Shown here: piece after piece, positions 21,171-32,000 of the stretch
How positions within the stretch are numbered: position 1 is the first letter of the stretch
Layout of the letters: every line of letters begins with the position of its first letter
DNA from: Mycolicibacterium smegmatis
Lineage (GTDB): Bacteria > Actinomycetota > Actinomycetes > Mycobacteriales > Mycobacteriaceae
NCBI RefSeq assembly: GCF_001457595.1
Contig: NZ_LN831039.1
Span: forward strand, 3,270,001 to 3,302,000
Reading direction: 5' to 3'
DNA: 32,000 nucleotides
Position numbers and translations under genes: made by a program
The notes under the pieces: model-generated
Seen by the model: the letters and a program-made list of their open reading frames with translations, nothing else
What the model was told of the DNA's origin: nothing
Database searches by the model: none

Positions 21171-22070
21171 TCAAGAACGCCAGGCGGAATGCAGGATCGC
21201 CTCGAGTGCGGCCATACGCGCCGAGCGCACCACCCGCGTGAGGGGGCGCAGCGCCGAGTCGGCGATCTGAACCTCCGACGAACTCTGCAGACCGCTCGGG
21301 ATCAGACCCGCACTCACCGCGATGATGGCGTCGACATGGGCGGCGTTCTCCAGCACCCGCACAGCCCGGGTCGGCGCGTGGTCGGGGACGCGGTGCGCGC
21401 GCCCGGCGGCGAGGATCTGCTCGACCATCCCGCGCGGATCCTCGACATCGAACCCCGCGCCTGCCCGCAGCGTGACCAGCGCATCGGCGGCCGAGCGGAC
21501 CGCGTCGCGCAGTTCGTATTCGGCCTCGCCGAGTTCGATGTACGCCCCAGGCGGGATCCGCGGCACCGAGTAGACGGTCCAGGACAGCGCACGCGGTTCC
21601 GGTTCGAACCGCGACTCGGGCTCGAACACCGAATCCAGATCGGTGTCGCCGAATTCGTCGTAGGTGAACTCCGGGACGAGTCCGACACCGTCGAGATCGT
21701 CGTGGGTGACCACCACGGCCTCGCCGACCGCGAGCGCGTCGCGCTGGAACTGTGTGCCCGCGGGAAGACCCCGCACGTCACCGGGAACGGGCTGCGCGAT
21801 GGTGATCGCGGGCATCGACGAGGTGCGCCCGACGGCGGTGCGCAGGGTCTGCAGCAGTGACATCGAGCCGGAATCCTCCAGCTCAGGCCAGGGGAGTCCG
21901 GTGCGGTCGGCCGCGGCCGAGTCGTAGGCCGTCACTGAATGCGTTGGTGCCCACAGCGATAGCGCGTCGAGGACATCGTCAGGGGCGGCGACGCCGGCCA
22001 GCCAGGCATTGGCCCACATCGACAACGTTGCACTTGGACACCACATGATGGAAGGCAGTGTAGTTGTCAC
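21171..22070 (-). CDS. Conserved hypothetical protein (Rv1486c-like)
   Basis: 299-aa ORF with coding-like composition. It occupies the position between ferrochelatase and nfeD that Rv1486c holds in M. tuberculosis. It has an acidic internal [11 protein letters not shown] repeat. The start (GTG 22070) is uncertain. Confidence 0.7.
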   Translation of the reverse strand: MTTTLPSIMWCPSATLSMWANAWLAGVAAPDDVLDALSLWAPTHSVTAYDSAAADRTGLPWPELEDSGSMSLLQTLRTAVGRTSSMPAITIAQPVPGDVRGLPAGTQFQRDALAVGEAVVVTHDDLDGVGLVPEFTYDEFGDTDLDSVFEPESRFEPEPRALSWTVYSVPRIPPGAYIELGEAEYELRDAVRSAADALVTLRAGAGFDVEDPRGMVEQILAAGRAHRVPDHAPTRAVRVLENAAHVDAIIAVSAGLIPSGLQSSSEVQIADSALRPLTRVVRSARMAALEAILHSAWRS

Positions 22071-22092
22071 ACCTGCAAGGGGACGTATTCGC

Positions 22093-22098
22093 TAGGGT
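22093..22098 (+). promoter_or_regulatory. Candidate -10 hexamer TAGGGT for a leaderless nfeD transcript
   Basis: TANNNT hexamer with a 6-nt spacer (gggcgc) before ATG 22105, placing it at -12..-7. The whole divergent gap is only 34 bp, which leaves no room for a leader. Confidence 0.45.
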
Positions 22099-22104
22099 GG
22101 GCGC

Positions 22105-22539
22105 ATGCCCTACTGGCTGATCTGGCTCATTCTGGCGTTGGGTCTTGCCGGGGCGGAGGCGCTGACCGGGGACCTGTTCCTGCTGATGCTGGCCGGTGGT
22201 GCGCTCGCGGCGACCGGATCCAGCGCGTTGTTCGACTGGCCGATCTGGGCCGACGGTCTGGTGTTCCTCGTCGTGTCCGTACTGTTGCTGGTGGGCGTGA
22301 GGCCCGCGTTGCGGAAGCGTTTCGACGGCGGAAAAGGTCTGCCCGAGCCCGTGAAGGCGCTCGAGGGCAGGCCCGCGCTGGTTCTCGACCGCGTCGCGAG
22401 CCACGAAGGGCAGGTCAAGCTCGACGGCGAAGTCTGGACGGCCCGGCCGTTGAACGACGACGATGTGTACGAACCCGGCGAACACGTCACGGTGGTCCGG
22501 ATCGACGGTGCGACCGCGGTGGTGTTCAAGACGGTGTGA
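22105..22539 (+). CDS. NfeD-family membrane protein
   Basis: N-terminal TM helices plus a C-terminal OB-fold segment (EGQVKLDGEVWTARPLNDDDVYEPGEHVTVVRIDGATAVV). It is followed by an SPFH gene, the canonical pairing. Confidence 0.85.
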   Translation: MPYWLIWLILALGLAGAEALTGDLFLLMLAGGALAATGSSALFDWPIWADGLVFLVVSVLLLVGVRPALRKRFDGGKGLPEPVKALEGRPALVLDRVASHEGQVKLDGEVWTARPLNDDDVYEPGEHVTVVRIDGATAVVFKTV

Positions 22540-22582
22540 TCGAGACGCTCTGATGCAGAGCTGACCACAGGAGGGGTTACCG

Positions 22583-23809
22583 ATGGAAGGTGCTGTGGCG
22601 GGCTTGGTCCTGCTGGTTGTGCTCGTGGTGTTCGCGATCATCGTCGTGGCGAAATCGGTCGCGCTGATCCCGCAGGCCGAGGCCGCGGTGATCGAACGGC
22701 TCGGGCGGTACAGCAAGACCGTGTCGGGTCAGCTGACGCTTCTGGTGCCGTTCATCGACAGGATCCGTGCGCGGGTCGACCTGCGTGAGCGCGTGGTGTC
22801 GTTCCCGCCGCAACCCGTGATCACCGAGGACAACCTGACCGTGCAGATCGACACGGTGGTCTACTTCCAGGTCACCAATCCGCAGGCCGCGGTGTACCAG
22901 ATCAGCAACTACATCGTCGGCGTCGAACAATTGGCGACCACGACGCTGCGCAACCTCGTCGGTGGCATGACGCTGGAGCAGACCCTGACCTCGCGCGACC
23001 AGATCAACACGGCCCTGCGCGGCGTGCTCGACGAGGCGACCGGCCGGTGGGGCCTGCGGGTGGCGCGCGTGGAACTGCGCAGCATCGACCCGCCTCCCAG
23101 CATCCAGGATTCGATGGAGAAGCAGATGCGCGCCGACCGCGAGAAGCGCGCGATGATCCTGACCGCAGAGGGTTCCCGCGAGGCCGCGATCAAGCAGGCC
23201 GAAGGTCAGAAGCAGGCGCAGATCCTTGCCGCCGAGGGCGCCAAGCAGGCCGCCATCCTGACCGCAGAGGCCGACCGCCAGTCGCGCATGCTGCGGGCAC
23301 AAGGTGAGCGCGCCGCGGCGTACCTGCAGGCGCAGGGCCAGGCCAAGGCAATCGAGAAGACGTTCGCCGCGATCAAGGCCGGACGGCCCACCCCGGAGCT
23401 GCTGGCCTACCAGTACCTGCAGACCCTGCCGCAGATGGCCAAGGGCGAGGCCAACAAGGTGTGGCTCGTGCCGTCCGACTTCGGTACGGCGTTGCAGGGA
23501 TTCACCAAGATGCTCGGTGCGCCGGGCGAGGACGGGGTGTTCCGCTACACGCCGTCTCCGGTCGACGACACGCCGCCGAAGACCGACGACGACGAAGAGG
23601 TCGCCGACTGGTTCAACACCGAGACCGATCCCGCCATCGCCGAGGCGGTGGCAAAGGCCGAGGCCGAGGCCCGCACCAGCACGCCGACGCTCGGTTCGTC
23701 GCCTGCGACACCACCCCTCGGCGGCACCACCCCGAACCCGTCGATCAATGTGCCGCAGACGCAGGAGTGGCCCGGCGGCGGCGCGCACCACGCGCAGCCG
23801 GAGCAGTAA
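22583..23809 (+). CDS. SPFH/band 7 (stomatin-like) membrane protein
   Basis: N-terminal TM segment followed by the SPFH core (VIERLGRYSKTVSGQLTLLVPFIDRI...) and an Ala/Gln/Glu-rich coiled coil. The protein ends in a ~100-aa acidic/Pro-rich tail. AGGAGG precedes the ATG. Confidence 0.93.
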   Translation: MEGAVAGLVLLVVLVVFAIIVVAKSVALIPQAEAAVIERLGRYSKTVSGQLTLLVPFIDRIRARVDLRERVVSFPPQPVITEDNLTVQIDTVVYFQVTNPQAAVYQISNYIVGVEQLATTTLRNLVGGMTLEQTLTSRDQINTALRGVLDEATGRWGLRVARVELRSIDPPPSIQDSMEKQMRADREKRAMILTAEGSREAAIKQAEGQKQAQILAAEGAKQAAILTAEADRQSRMLRAQGERAAAYLQAQGQAKAIEKTFAAIKAGRPTPELLAYQYLQTLPQMAKGEANKVWLVPSDFGTALQGFTKMLGAPGEDGVFRYTPSPVDDTPPKTDDDEEVADWFNTETDPAIAEAVAKAEAEARTSTPTLGSSPATPPLGGTTPNPSINVPQTQEWPGGGAHHAQPEQ

Positions 23810-23842
23810 GACACCGGCCGTCCGGCGATCGGATCGAGCGAT

Positions 23843-24190
23843 ATGGCCATTCGGAAGATCCACGGCGTGCTCGCGGCCATCCAGGTGGCCGACGCCGCCG
23901 CGTGCGCCCTCAAGGCTCCGCCGGTGGTGAAGGCGTTCGACGATCTCGGTGTGCCGCACCGCATCCGGTGGATCTTCCCGCCGATCAAGGCCGCGTCGGC
24001 CGTCGGCCTGATCGCGGCGGGGCGGTACCCGGCGCTGGGACGGCTCACCACCGCGATGCTCGCGCTCTATTTCCTGCTTGCCGTCGGCGCGCACGTCCGC
24101 GCGCACGACAAGCCGGTCAACGCAATTCCCGCGGCGGGGTTTCTCGCGACGTACCTGGCGCTGACCCTCAGGCATCCGCAGGGGCGGTAG
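23843..24190 (+). CDS. DoxX-like small membrane protein
   Basis: 115 aa with 3-4 TM segments. The pattern ...PPIKAASAVGLIAAG...LYFLLAVGAHVRAHD... resembles the DoxX-like family. Confidence 0.65.
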   Translation: MAIRKIHGVLAAIQVADAAACALKAPPVVKAFDDLGVPHRIRWIFPPIKAASAVGLIAAGRYPALGRLTTAMLALYFLLAVGAHVRAHDKPVNAIPAAGFLATYLALTLRHPQGR

Positions 24191-24204
24191 CCGGCCGGTG
24201 ACCG

Positions 24205-24942
24205 TCAGAGATTGGAGGCCGCGGTGTCGGCGGCGCCCGCCGCGGCGCGCTGTTCGCGGCGGTGACTGCGGATCTCGAACACCAGACCCGCGAGGCCGAG
24301 CGCCGCGGTACACGCCGACACCACGAACAGCAGCGGGCTCACATTTCCGGTGAGCGCGTCGCCAAGGATCACCACGGCCGCGGTGCCGGGTAGCAGACCG
24401 ACGAGCGTCGCAAGCGCATACGGCACGAGCCGCACCGCCGAAGCGCCCGCCGCGTAGTTGAGCACCGAGAACGGCACGGCCGGGATCAGCCGCGTCGACA
24501 GGATCACCGGCCAGCCCCGCTGACGCAGCCGCGCGTCGAGCTTGTCGATGCGCGGATGTGACACCAGCCGGCTGAGCTGCCAACCCGCCGCGCGGATCAA
24601 CAGCAGCGCCAGTACCGCGCTGATGGCGCTCGCACTCACGGCGATCGCGATGCCGAGGGCGGGACCGAACAACAAACCGGCGGCGAGGGTGAATGCCGTG
24701 CGTGGAAACGGGAACACCGTCACCAGGATGTGCGCGCCGAGGAAGGCCAGCGGGAACCAGGGGCCCACCGACGTCGCCCAGTCACGCAGTTGCATCGCCG
24801 TCGGAAGGGGAACCAGCAACGCCACTGCGACGAGAATCACAATCCCGGCGAGGATCGCCACGATGCGTCGCGTCGAGAGGGTCGCGGCCGTCGTCAGTAC
24901 CGCGGCACGGATGCTGCGAAGTGTGCTGACTACGGCTTTCAC
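24205..24942 (-). CDS. TVP38/TMEM64 (DedA superfamily) membrane protein
   Basis: Contains FPFPRTAFTLAAGLLFGPALG and RLIPAVPFSVLNYAAGAS, the segments characteristic of the TVP38/TMEM64 family. GTG start. Confidence 0.85.
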   Translation of the reverse strand: MKAVVSTLRSIRAAVLTTAATLSTRRIVAILAGIVILVAVALLVPLPTAMQLRDWATSVGPWFPLAFLGAHILVTVFPFPRTAFTLAAGLLFGPALGIAIAVSASAISAVLALLLIRAAGWQLSRLVSHPRIDKLDARLRQRGWPVILSTRLIPAVPFSVLNYAAGASAVRLVPYALATLVGLLPGTAAVVILGDALTGNVSPLLFVVSACTAALGLAGLVFEIRSHRREQRAAAGAADTAASNL

Positions 24943-25092
24943 AGTTGTCCAGACTACGGGGCGAAGGCGACAACATCGCTTCGGCGAGGCATCTGGCCGC
25001 CCAGAACTCGGCTGCCCCGGCGGTCGGGGGCGTGAGGGCGATCATTTAGCCTGATCTGCAAGCGGGTAGGTCACACGCTGCGACAACAGGAG

Positions 25093-26970
25093 ATGCGGGT
25101 GTCTTTACAGGGGTCCAGTGCGATCGAAGAGGATCGCAACAAGTGGCGAACAGCGGTTGCCGGTGTGCTGGCGAAGAGCAGTCGGCGCGATCCGGCCGAA
25201 CTCGGACCCGAGCCCGAACGCCACCTGGATTCGCAGACCTACGAAGGTTTTGCCGTCCGCCCCCTGTACACGGCGCTCGATGCACTCGACGAGCCCGCCC
25301 TCCCCGGGCAGTGGCCGTTCATCCGCGGCGGCGACGCACTGCGCGACGTCAAGTCGGGCTGGAAGGTCGTCGAGAGCTTTCCGGCCCTCGGCGCCGACGG
25401 TGGTGCCGACGGTGATGTGAAGTTCGACAACGGTGCGGTGCTGCTGGCGCTCACCGAGGGCGCCAGCGCGCTGTCGGTCACGATCGGTGAGGGCGGTGTG
25501 GCCCCCGCCGACCTGAGCCAGCTGTTCGAAGGTGTCTTCCTCGATCTGGTGCCGGTGATCTTCGAGAACACCGGCAACGATCTGGACGCCACGGCCGATG
25601 CGGTGCTCGCGCTGGTGGCCGGTTTCGACGCCGAGCAGCGCTCGCGTCTGTCGATCGACTTCGGAGCCGATCCGCTGACGGCGCCGCTGTCGGGTCGCGC
25701 CGCGGGCACGGACGCCGACCTGGCGGCTGTGGCGAAGAAGGTCGGCGAGCACACCGGTCACGTCCGGACCATCACGGTGGACGGCCCGGCCTTCCACAAC
25801 AAGGGTGCCAGCGCCTCGTGGGAGCTCGCGGCGACGGTCGCCGCGGCTGTCGAGTACCTGCGCATCCTCGTCGACGGCGGGCTCTCGGTGCCGGATGCGT
25901 TGCGGCAGATCAGTTTCCGGTATGCCGCCGACGACGATCAGTTCAACACCATCGCCAAGCTGCGCGCGGCGCGGCAGTTGTGGGCCCGTGTCGCCGAGGT
26001 CGTGGGTGACGCCGACGCCGGTGCCGCGACCATCCATGCCGTGACCTCGCTGCCGATGATGACGCAGCGCGACCCGTGGGTGAACATGCTGCGCACGACG
26101 CTGGCGGCGTTCTCGGCAGGTGTCGGTGGCGCCGACACCGTCCAGGTGCTGCCGTTCGATGTGGCGATCCCCAACGGGTTCCCGGGGACTTCGGCCACCT
26201 TCTCGCGCCGCATCGCGCGCAACACGCAACTGCTCCTGCTGGAGGAATCGCATATCGGGCAGGTGCTCGACCCGGCGGGCGGCTCGTGGTTCGTCGAGGA
26301 TCTCACCGCGCAGCTCGCGAAGCAGGCCTGGACGCACTTCCAGGACATCGAGGCGCGTGGCGGTTTCGTCGCGGCCCGCGATCATGTCGCCGAGCGGATC
26401 GCCGAGGTGGCCGCGCGCCGCGCCGACGACATCGCGCACCGGCGGACGGCGATCACGGGCGTCAACGAGTTCCCGAATCTCTCCGAGCCCCCTCTGCCGC
26501 AAGGGGATTCGGCTCTGACCTCGATCGAACGGTACGCGGCGGGCTTCGAGGCGCTGCGTGACCGCTCCGACGCGTTCCTGGCGAAGACCGGTGCGCGCCC
26601 GCGCGTGCTGCTGCTACCGCTCGGGCCCTTGGCCGAGCACAACATCCGTGCCACCTTCGCGTCGAACCTGCTGGCTTCCGGCGGTATCGAGGCGATCAAC
26701 CCGGGCACCGTCGACGCGTCGGGCATCGCCGCCGCGGTCACCGAGGCCGGATCTCCTGCCGTCGCGGTGCTGTGCGGCACCGATGCGCGATACGGCACCG
26801 AGGCGTCGGCCGCCGTCGCCGCCGCACGTGCGGCAGGTGTCCAGAACGTGCTGCTGGCCGGGCCGGAAAAGGCGGTGGCGGAGGCCGATTCGAAACCCGA
26901 CGGATATCTCACAGCGAAGATCAACGCCGTGGAAGTCCTGTCGAACCTGCTCACCGGACTGGGGGCCTGA
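25093..26970 (+). CDS. mutA: Methylmalonyl-CoA mutase small (beta) subunit
   Basis: Its length and position immediately upstream of mutB fit the small subunit, as does mutase-like sequence lacking the DxHxxG B12 motif. AGGAG at 25088-25092 abuts ATG 25093, so GTG 25099 (6-nt spacing) is the more likely start. Confidence 0.92.
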   Translation: MRVSLQGSSAIEEDRNKWRTAVAGVLAKSSRRDPAELGPEPERHLDSQTYEGFAVRPLYTALDALDEPALPGQWPFIRGGDALRDVKSGWKVVESFPALGADGGADGDVKFDNGAVLLALTEGASALSVTIGEGGVAPADLSQLFEGVFLDLVPVIFENTGNDLDATADAVLALVAGFDAEQRSRLSIDFGADPLTAPLSGRAAGTDADLAAVAKKVGEHTGHVRTITVDGPAFHNKGASASWELAATVAAAVEYLRILVDGGLSVPDALRQISFRYAADDDQFNTIAKLRAARQLWARVAEVVGDADAGAATIHAVTSLPMMTQRDPWVNMLRTTLAAFSAGVGGADTVQVLPFDVAIPNGFPGTSATFSRRIARNTQLLLLEESHIGQVLDPAGGSWFVEDLTAQLAKQAWTHFQDIEARGGFVAARDHVAERIAEVAARRADDIAHRRTAITGVNEFPNLSEPPLPQGDSALTSIERYAAGFEALRDRSDAFLAKTGARPRVLLLPLGPLAEHNIRATFASNLLASGGIEAINPGTVDASGIAAAVTEAGSPAVAVLCGTDARYGTEASAAVAAARAAGVQNVLLAGPEKAVAEADSKPDGYLTAKINAVEVLSNLLTGLGA

Positions 26971-26971
26971 C

Positions 26972-29227
<2,256 letters not shown>

Positions 29228-29234
29228 GCCCCGG

Positions 29235-30212
29235 GTGAAGGCCGTCAACGTCCACGAGCTCGCACAGTCCATCCGCGACGGCGACCGCTCCGCCCTGGCG
29301 CGTGCCATCACGCTGGTCGAGTCCACCCGCGCCGACCATCGGGAGCAGGCCCAGCAGCTGCTGCTGGATCTGATGCCCGAGGCCGGCTCGGCCATGCACG
29401 TCGGGATCACGGGCGTACCCGGCGTCGGCAAATCCACCACGATCGAGGCGCTCGGCATGCACCTCATCGAGGCCGGGCACCGCGTCGCGGTGCTCGCCGT
29501 GGATCCGTCGTCGACGCGCACCGGTGGCTCGATCCTCGGCGACAAGACCCGGATGGCGCGGCTCGCGGTGCATCCCGACGCGTATATCCGGCCGTCGCCG
29601 ACGTCGGGCACGCTGGGCGGTGTGGCCAAGGCGACGCGCGAGACCATCGTGCTGCTCGAAGCGGCCGGTTACGACGTCATCCTGGTCGAGACGGTCGGAG
29701 TGGGGCAGTCCGAGGTGACGGTCGCGGGCATGGTCGACACGTTCGTGTTCCTGACACTGGCCCGCACGGGCGACCAGTTGCAGGGCATCAAGAAGGGTGT
29801 CCTCGAACTCGCCGACGTCATCGTGGTCAACAAGGCCGACGGTGAGCACGCGGTGGAGGCCAAGGCCGCCGCGCGTGAGCTCTCCGGCGCGATCAGGCTG
29901 ATCTATCCTCGTGAAAGTCTCTGGCGCCCACCCGTTCTCACGATGAGCGCGGTCGAGGGCACGGGTCTGCCGGAGCTGTGGGAGACCGTGCTGCGGCACC
30001 GAGAGGTGCTCGAGGAGGCCGGCGAGTTCGAGGCCAGGCGCCGGACGCAGCAGGTCGAGTGGACGTGGTCGATGGTGCGCGACGCTGTGCTCGACCGCGT
30101 CATGAACCATCCCGAGGTCCGCCGGATCCGCGACGACGTCGAACAACGCGTGCGCCTCGGGGAACTCACGCCGGCGCTGGCGGCCCAGGAGATCCTCGAC
30201 GCCGCGCAGTGA
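29235..30212 (+). CDS. meaB: Methylmalonyl-CoA mutase-associated G3E GTPase MeaB
   Basis: P-loop GVPGVGKST, the switch region VETVGVGQSE and NKAD are present. The GTG start lies 7 nt after the mutB stop. Confidence 0.95.
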   Translation: MKAVNVHELAQSIRDGDRSALARAITLVESTRADHREQAQQLLLDLMPEAGSAMHVGITGVPGVGKSTTIEALGMHLIEAGHRVAVLAVDPSSTRTGGSILGDKTRMARLAVHPDAYIRPSPTSGTLGGVAKATRETIVLLEAAGYDVILVETVGVGQSEVTVAGMVDTFVFLTLARTGDQLQGIKKGVLELADVIVVNKADGEHAVEAKAAARELSGAIRLIYPRESLWRPPVLTMSAVEGTGLPELWETVLRHREVLEEAGEFEARRRTQQVEWTWSMVRDAVLDRVMNHPEVRRIRDDVEQRVRLGELTPALAAQEILDAAQ

Positions 30213-30265
30213 CTCAACCTGATCACGCCCCTCAACAAATCGGCACCAGAAAGTGAGCTCTCCCG

Positions 30266-30613
30266 ATGGATGTCAGGTCCCGTGTAGGTCTGGTCGTTGC
30301 CGGGACAGTTGCCACGCTACTGCTCGGGGCATGCGGTGGCGAGGCGGCGGGTGGTAGCCAGCCGACGGTTGCCAAGGCCAAGCTGCAGACCCTTGCGAAG
30401 GAAAAACTCGAAGCCGCCGCGAAGCGGAAAGCCAAGTCTGTGATTTGCGAGGACGGCATCGTCGGGGAAGTCGGTGCTACACAACGGTGTGTGCTGACAG
30501 CCAAGGACGGTACGAGGATCGGGGTCACGGCAAGGGTGGACGGAATCGAGGGGCGCGGCGCGGATGCCCGGGTCAGCATCGATTTCAAGGTCGATGACAA
30601 GCCCATCGAATGA
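30266..30613 (+). CDS. Putative lipoprotein, DUF4333-like
   Basis: Signal peptide with the lipobox LLGAC. The mature part carries the two-Cys pattern (SVICEDG...TQRCVLTAKDG) typical of DUF4333. Confidence 0.75.
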   Translation: MDVRSRVGLVVAGTVATLLLGACGGEAAGGSQPTVAKAKLQTLAKEKLEAAAKRKAKSVICEDGIVGEVGATQRCVLTAKDGTRIGVTARVDGIEGRGADARVSIDFKVDDKPIE

Positions 30614-30676
30614 CATTACTGGCCGCGCCTTGGTTAACAGATAGGTAACACATCGAACATTTGCCAGCGCGGTTGG

Positions 30677-30682
30677 TAAGTT
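30677..30682 (+). promoter_or_regulatory. Candidate -10 hexamer TAAGTT for a leaderless transcript starting at GTG 30689
   Basis: TANNNT hexamer with a 6-nt spacer (tgatgt) before GTG 30689, placing it at -12..-7. There is no SD sequence. Confidence 0.4.
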
Positions 30683-30688
30683 TGATGT

Positions 30689-31954
30689 GTGTCCGGTCAC
30701 AACCGGGAGCGCGACGCGGCACTCCCACACGGCGTACAAGGCGCGGCGGATCCGAACTTCGCCTGCACGGCCCGCGCTTTCTCGCGGCTCTTCCCGGGCC
30801 GCCGGTTCGGCGGGGGAGCGCTCGCGGTCTATCAGGACGGGCAGCCACTCGTCGACGTCTGGACGGGATACTCCGACCGGGCCGGCACCGAGTACTGGAC
30901 CGCTGACACCGGGGCGATGGTCTTCTCGGCGACCAAGGGTCTGGCCTCGACCGTCATCCACCGCCTGGCCGACCGCGGCCTGATCGACTACGACACCCCG
31001 GTGAGTGCCTACTGGCCGGAGTTCGCGGCCAACGGCAAGGCCCACATCACGGTCCGCGAGGTCATGCAGCATCGCGCCGGGCTGAGCCAGCTCAACGGGG
31101 TCAGCAAGGCCGACATGCTCGACCACCGTGTTATGGAGGCCCGCATCGCCGAGGCCTCGGTGAACCGCCACCTCTACGGGAAGTCGGCGTATCACGCGCT
31201 GACCTACGGCTGGTTGATGTCCGGCCTGGTGCGTGCGGTCACCGGGCAGGGCATGCGGGAGCTGTTCCGGACCGAACTGGCCGAGCCGCTGAACACCGAC
31301 GGCATCCATCTCGGCAGGCCTCCGGTTGGGGCGCCGACGCGGGCCGCCCAGATCCTGGGGCCGCAGCGCACCTGGCCCAACCACGTCTTCGACTTCCTGG
31401 CGCCCAGGTTCGCGGCCCTGGAGTTCTCCGGGTTCTTCGGCTCCACGTACTGCCCCGGCGTGATGTCGCTCGTGCAGGGCGATACGCCGTTCCTCGACGC
31501 CGAGATCCCCGCCGCCAACGGCGTCGCGACCGCGCGCGGGCTGGCCAAGGTGTATGGGGCCATCGCCAACGGCGGCCGGTTCGCGGGCGAGGAGTTCCTG
31601 TCCGCGGCCACCGTCGCCGGCCTGAGTGGTCGCCGCAGCCTGAGCCCCGACCGCAACATCGGTGTGCCGCTGGCCTTCCACCTCGGATACCACTCGGTGC
31701 CGTTCGGGGTCATGGCGGGCTTCGGGCACGTCGGGCTCGGCGGTTCGGTCGGCTGGGCCGACCCGGCCAGCGGCCTCGCGGTGGGTTTCGTGCACAACCG
31801 GTTGCTGACGCCCATGGTGTTCGACATGGGCGCCTTCGTCGGCCTGCACGCCGTGATCCGCAACGACCTGGCCCGCGCACGCAGGCGGGGCTTCGAGCCG
31901 GTGCCCGACCTGGGGGCCGCGCCGTACGAGTTGTCCAAGCCGGTCGCGGGATAG
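30689..31954 (+). CDS. lipL: Beta-lactamase-fold serine hydrolase/esterase (LipL-like)
   Basis: S-x-x-K nucleophile motif in MVFSATKGLAS. The product is 421 aa. The symbol is assigned by synteny with Rv1497, downstream of meaB. Confidence 0.85.
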   Translation: MSGHNRERDAALPHGVQGAADPNFACTARAFSRLFPGRRFGGGALAVYQDGQPLVDVWTGYSDRAGTEYWTADTGAMVFSATKGLASTVIHRLADRGLIDYDTPVSAYWPEFAANGKAHITVREVMQHRAGLSQLNGVSKADMLDHRVMEARIAEASVNRHLYGKSAYHALTYGWLMSGLVRAVTGQGMRELFRTELAEPLNTDGIHLGRPPVGAPTRAAQILGPQRTWPNHVFDFLAPRFAALEFSGFFGSTYCPGVMSLVQGDTPFLDAEIPAANGVATARGLAKVYGAIANGGRFAGEEFLSAATVAGLSGRRSLSPDRNIGVPLAFHLGYHSVPFGVMAGFGHVGLGGSVGWADPASGLAVGFVHNRLLTPMVFDMGAFVGLHAVIRNDLARARRRGFEPVPDLGAAPYELSKPVAG

Positions 31955-32000
31955 CCGACCGACCGCGAGTCGGCGCGGGTTACCGCGAGTGGCCCGGCGT

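Noticed and set aside
21595-21611. GGTTCGAACC-like sequence reminiscent of a tRNA T-arm
   Set aside because: It lies inside a coding region and is part of a 12-bp palindrome. There is no acceptor, D or anticodon arm context, so it is not a tRNA.
22577-24583. 668-aa ORF on the minus strand
   Set aside because: It is antisense to the SPFH and DoxX-like genes and runs into the TVP38 gene in a different frame. The text is Arg-rich low complexity, so it is an artefact.
24943-25092. Possible cobalamin riboswitch upstream of mutAB
   Set aside because: No B12-box-like sequence is visible. The region is short and looks like an ordinary divergent promoter region. A B12-dependent enzyme is also not an expected target of B12 repression.
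26558-26971. N-terminal extension of the mutB ORF overlapping mutA
   Set aside because: The extension is Pro/Arg/Ser-rich and unlike MutB. ATG 26972, 1 nt after the mutA stop, gives the expected ~750-aa protein.
30317-31849. 510-aa ORF on the minus strand
   Set aside because: It is antisense to the DUF4333 lipoprotein and the LipL-like esterase, which has an SxxK motif on the plus strand. It is an artefact.

Overview
High-GC actinobacterial chromosome segment. Gene content and order match the conserved mycobacterial core block known from M. tuberculosis as Rv1471-Rv1497. On the plus strand it starts with thioredoxin, echA12, an ABC-F ATPase and a small HTH protein. acn and acnR follow on the minus strand. 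Next come an Rv1476-like gene, ripA, ripB, moxR1, DUF58, VWA, fabG1, inhA and ferrochelatase, then an Rv1486c-like gene on the minus strand. After that come nfeD, an SPFH/stomatin gene and a DoxX-like gene, then TVP38 on the minus strand. The block ends with mutA, mutB, meaB, a DUF4333 lipoprotein and a lipL-like esterase. The M. tuberculosis-specific insertions (Rv1482c, mazEF4) are absent and the left flank differs, which suggests a fast-growing Mycolicibacterium (smegmatis-like). That taxon call is inference only. I call 30 CDS and see no rRNA, tRNA, mobile element or CRISPR array. Only the first ~4.9 kb looks accessory: an MmyB-like regulator, a P450, a small membrane protein, an orphan 239-aa protein and an OYE flavin oxidoreductase. 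I did not find a convincing new multi-gene system. The points most worth a second look are: (1) a 63% AT, dyad-dense region upstream of ripA; (2) an exact AcnR-type operator upstream of acn; (3) four genes with a TANNNT hexamer exactly at -12..-7 of the start codon, the leaderless signature; (4) a conserved fabG1-inhA -10 element; (5) an unassignable orphan protein; and (6) a possible frame switch just downstream of the P450. The many long ORFs antisense to real genes are GC-rich mirror artefacts.
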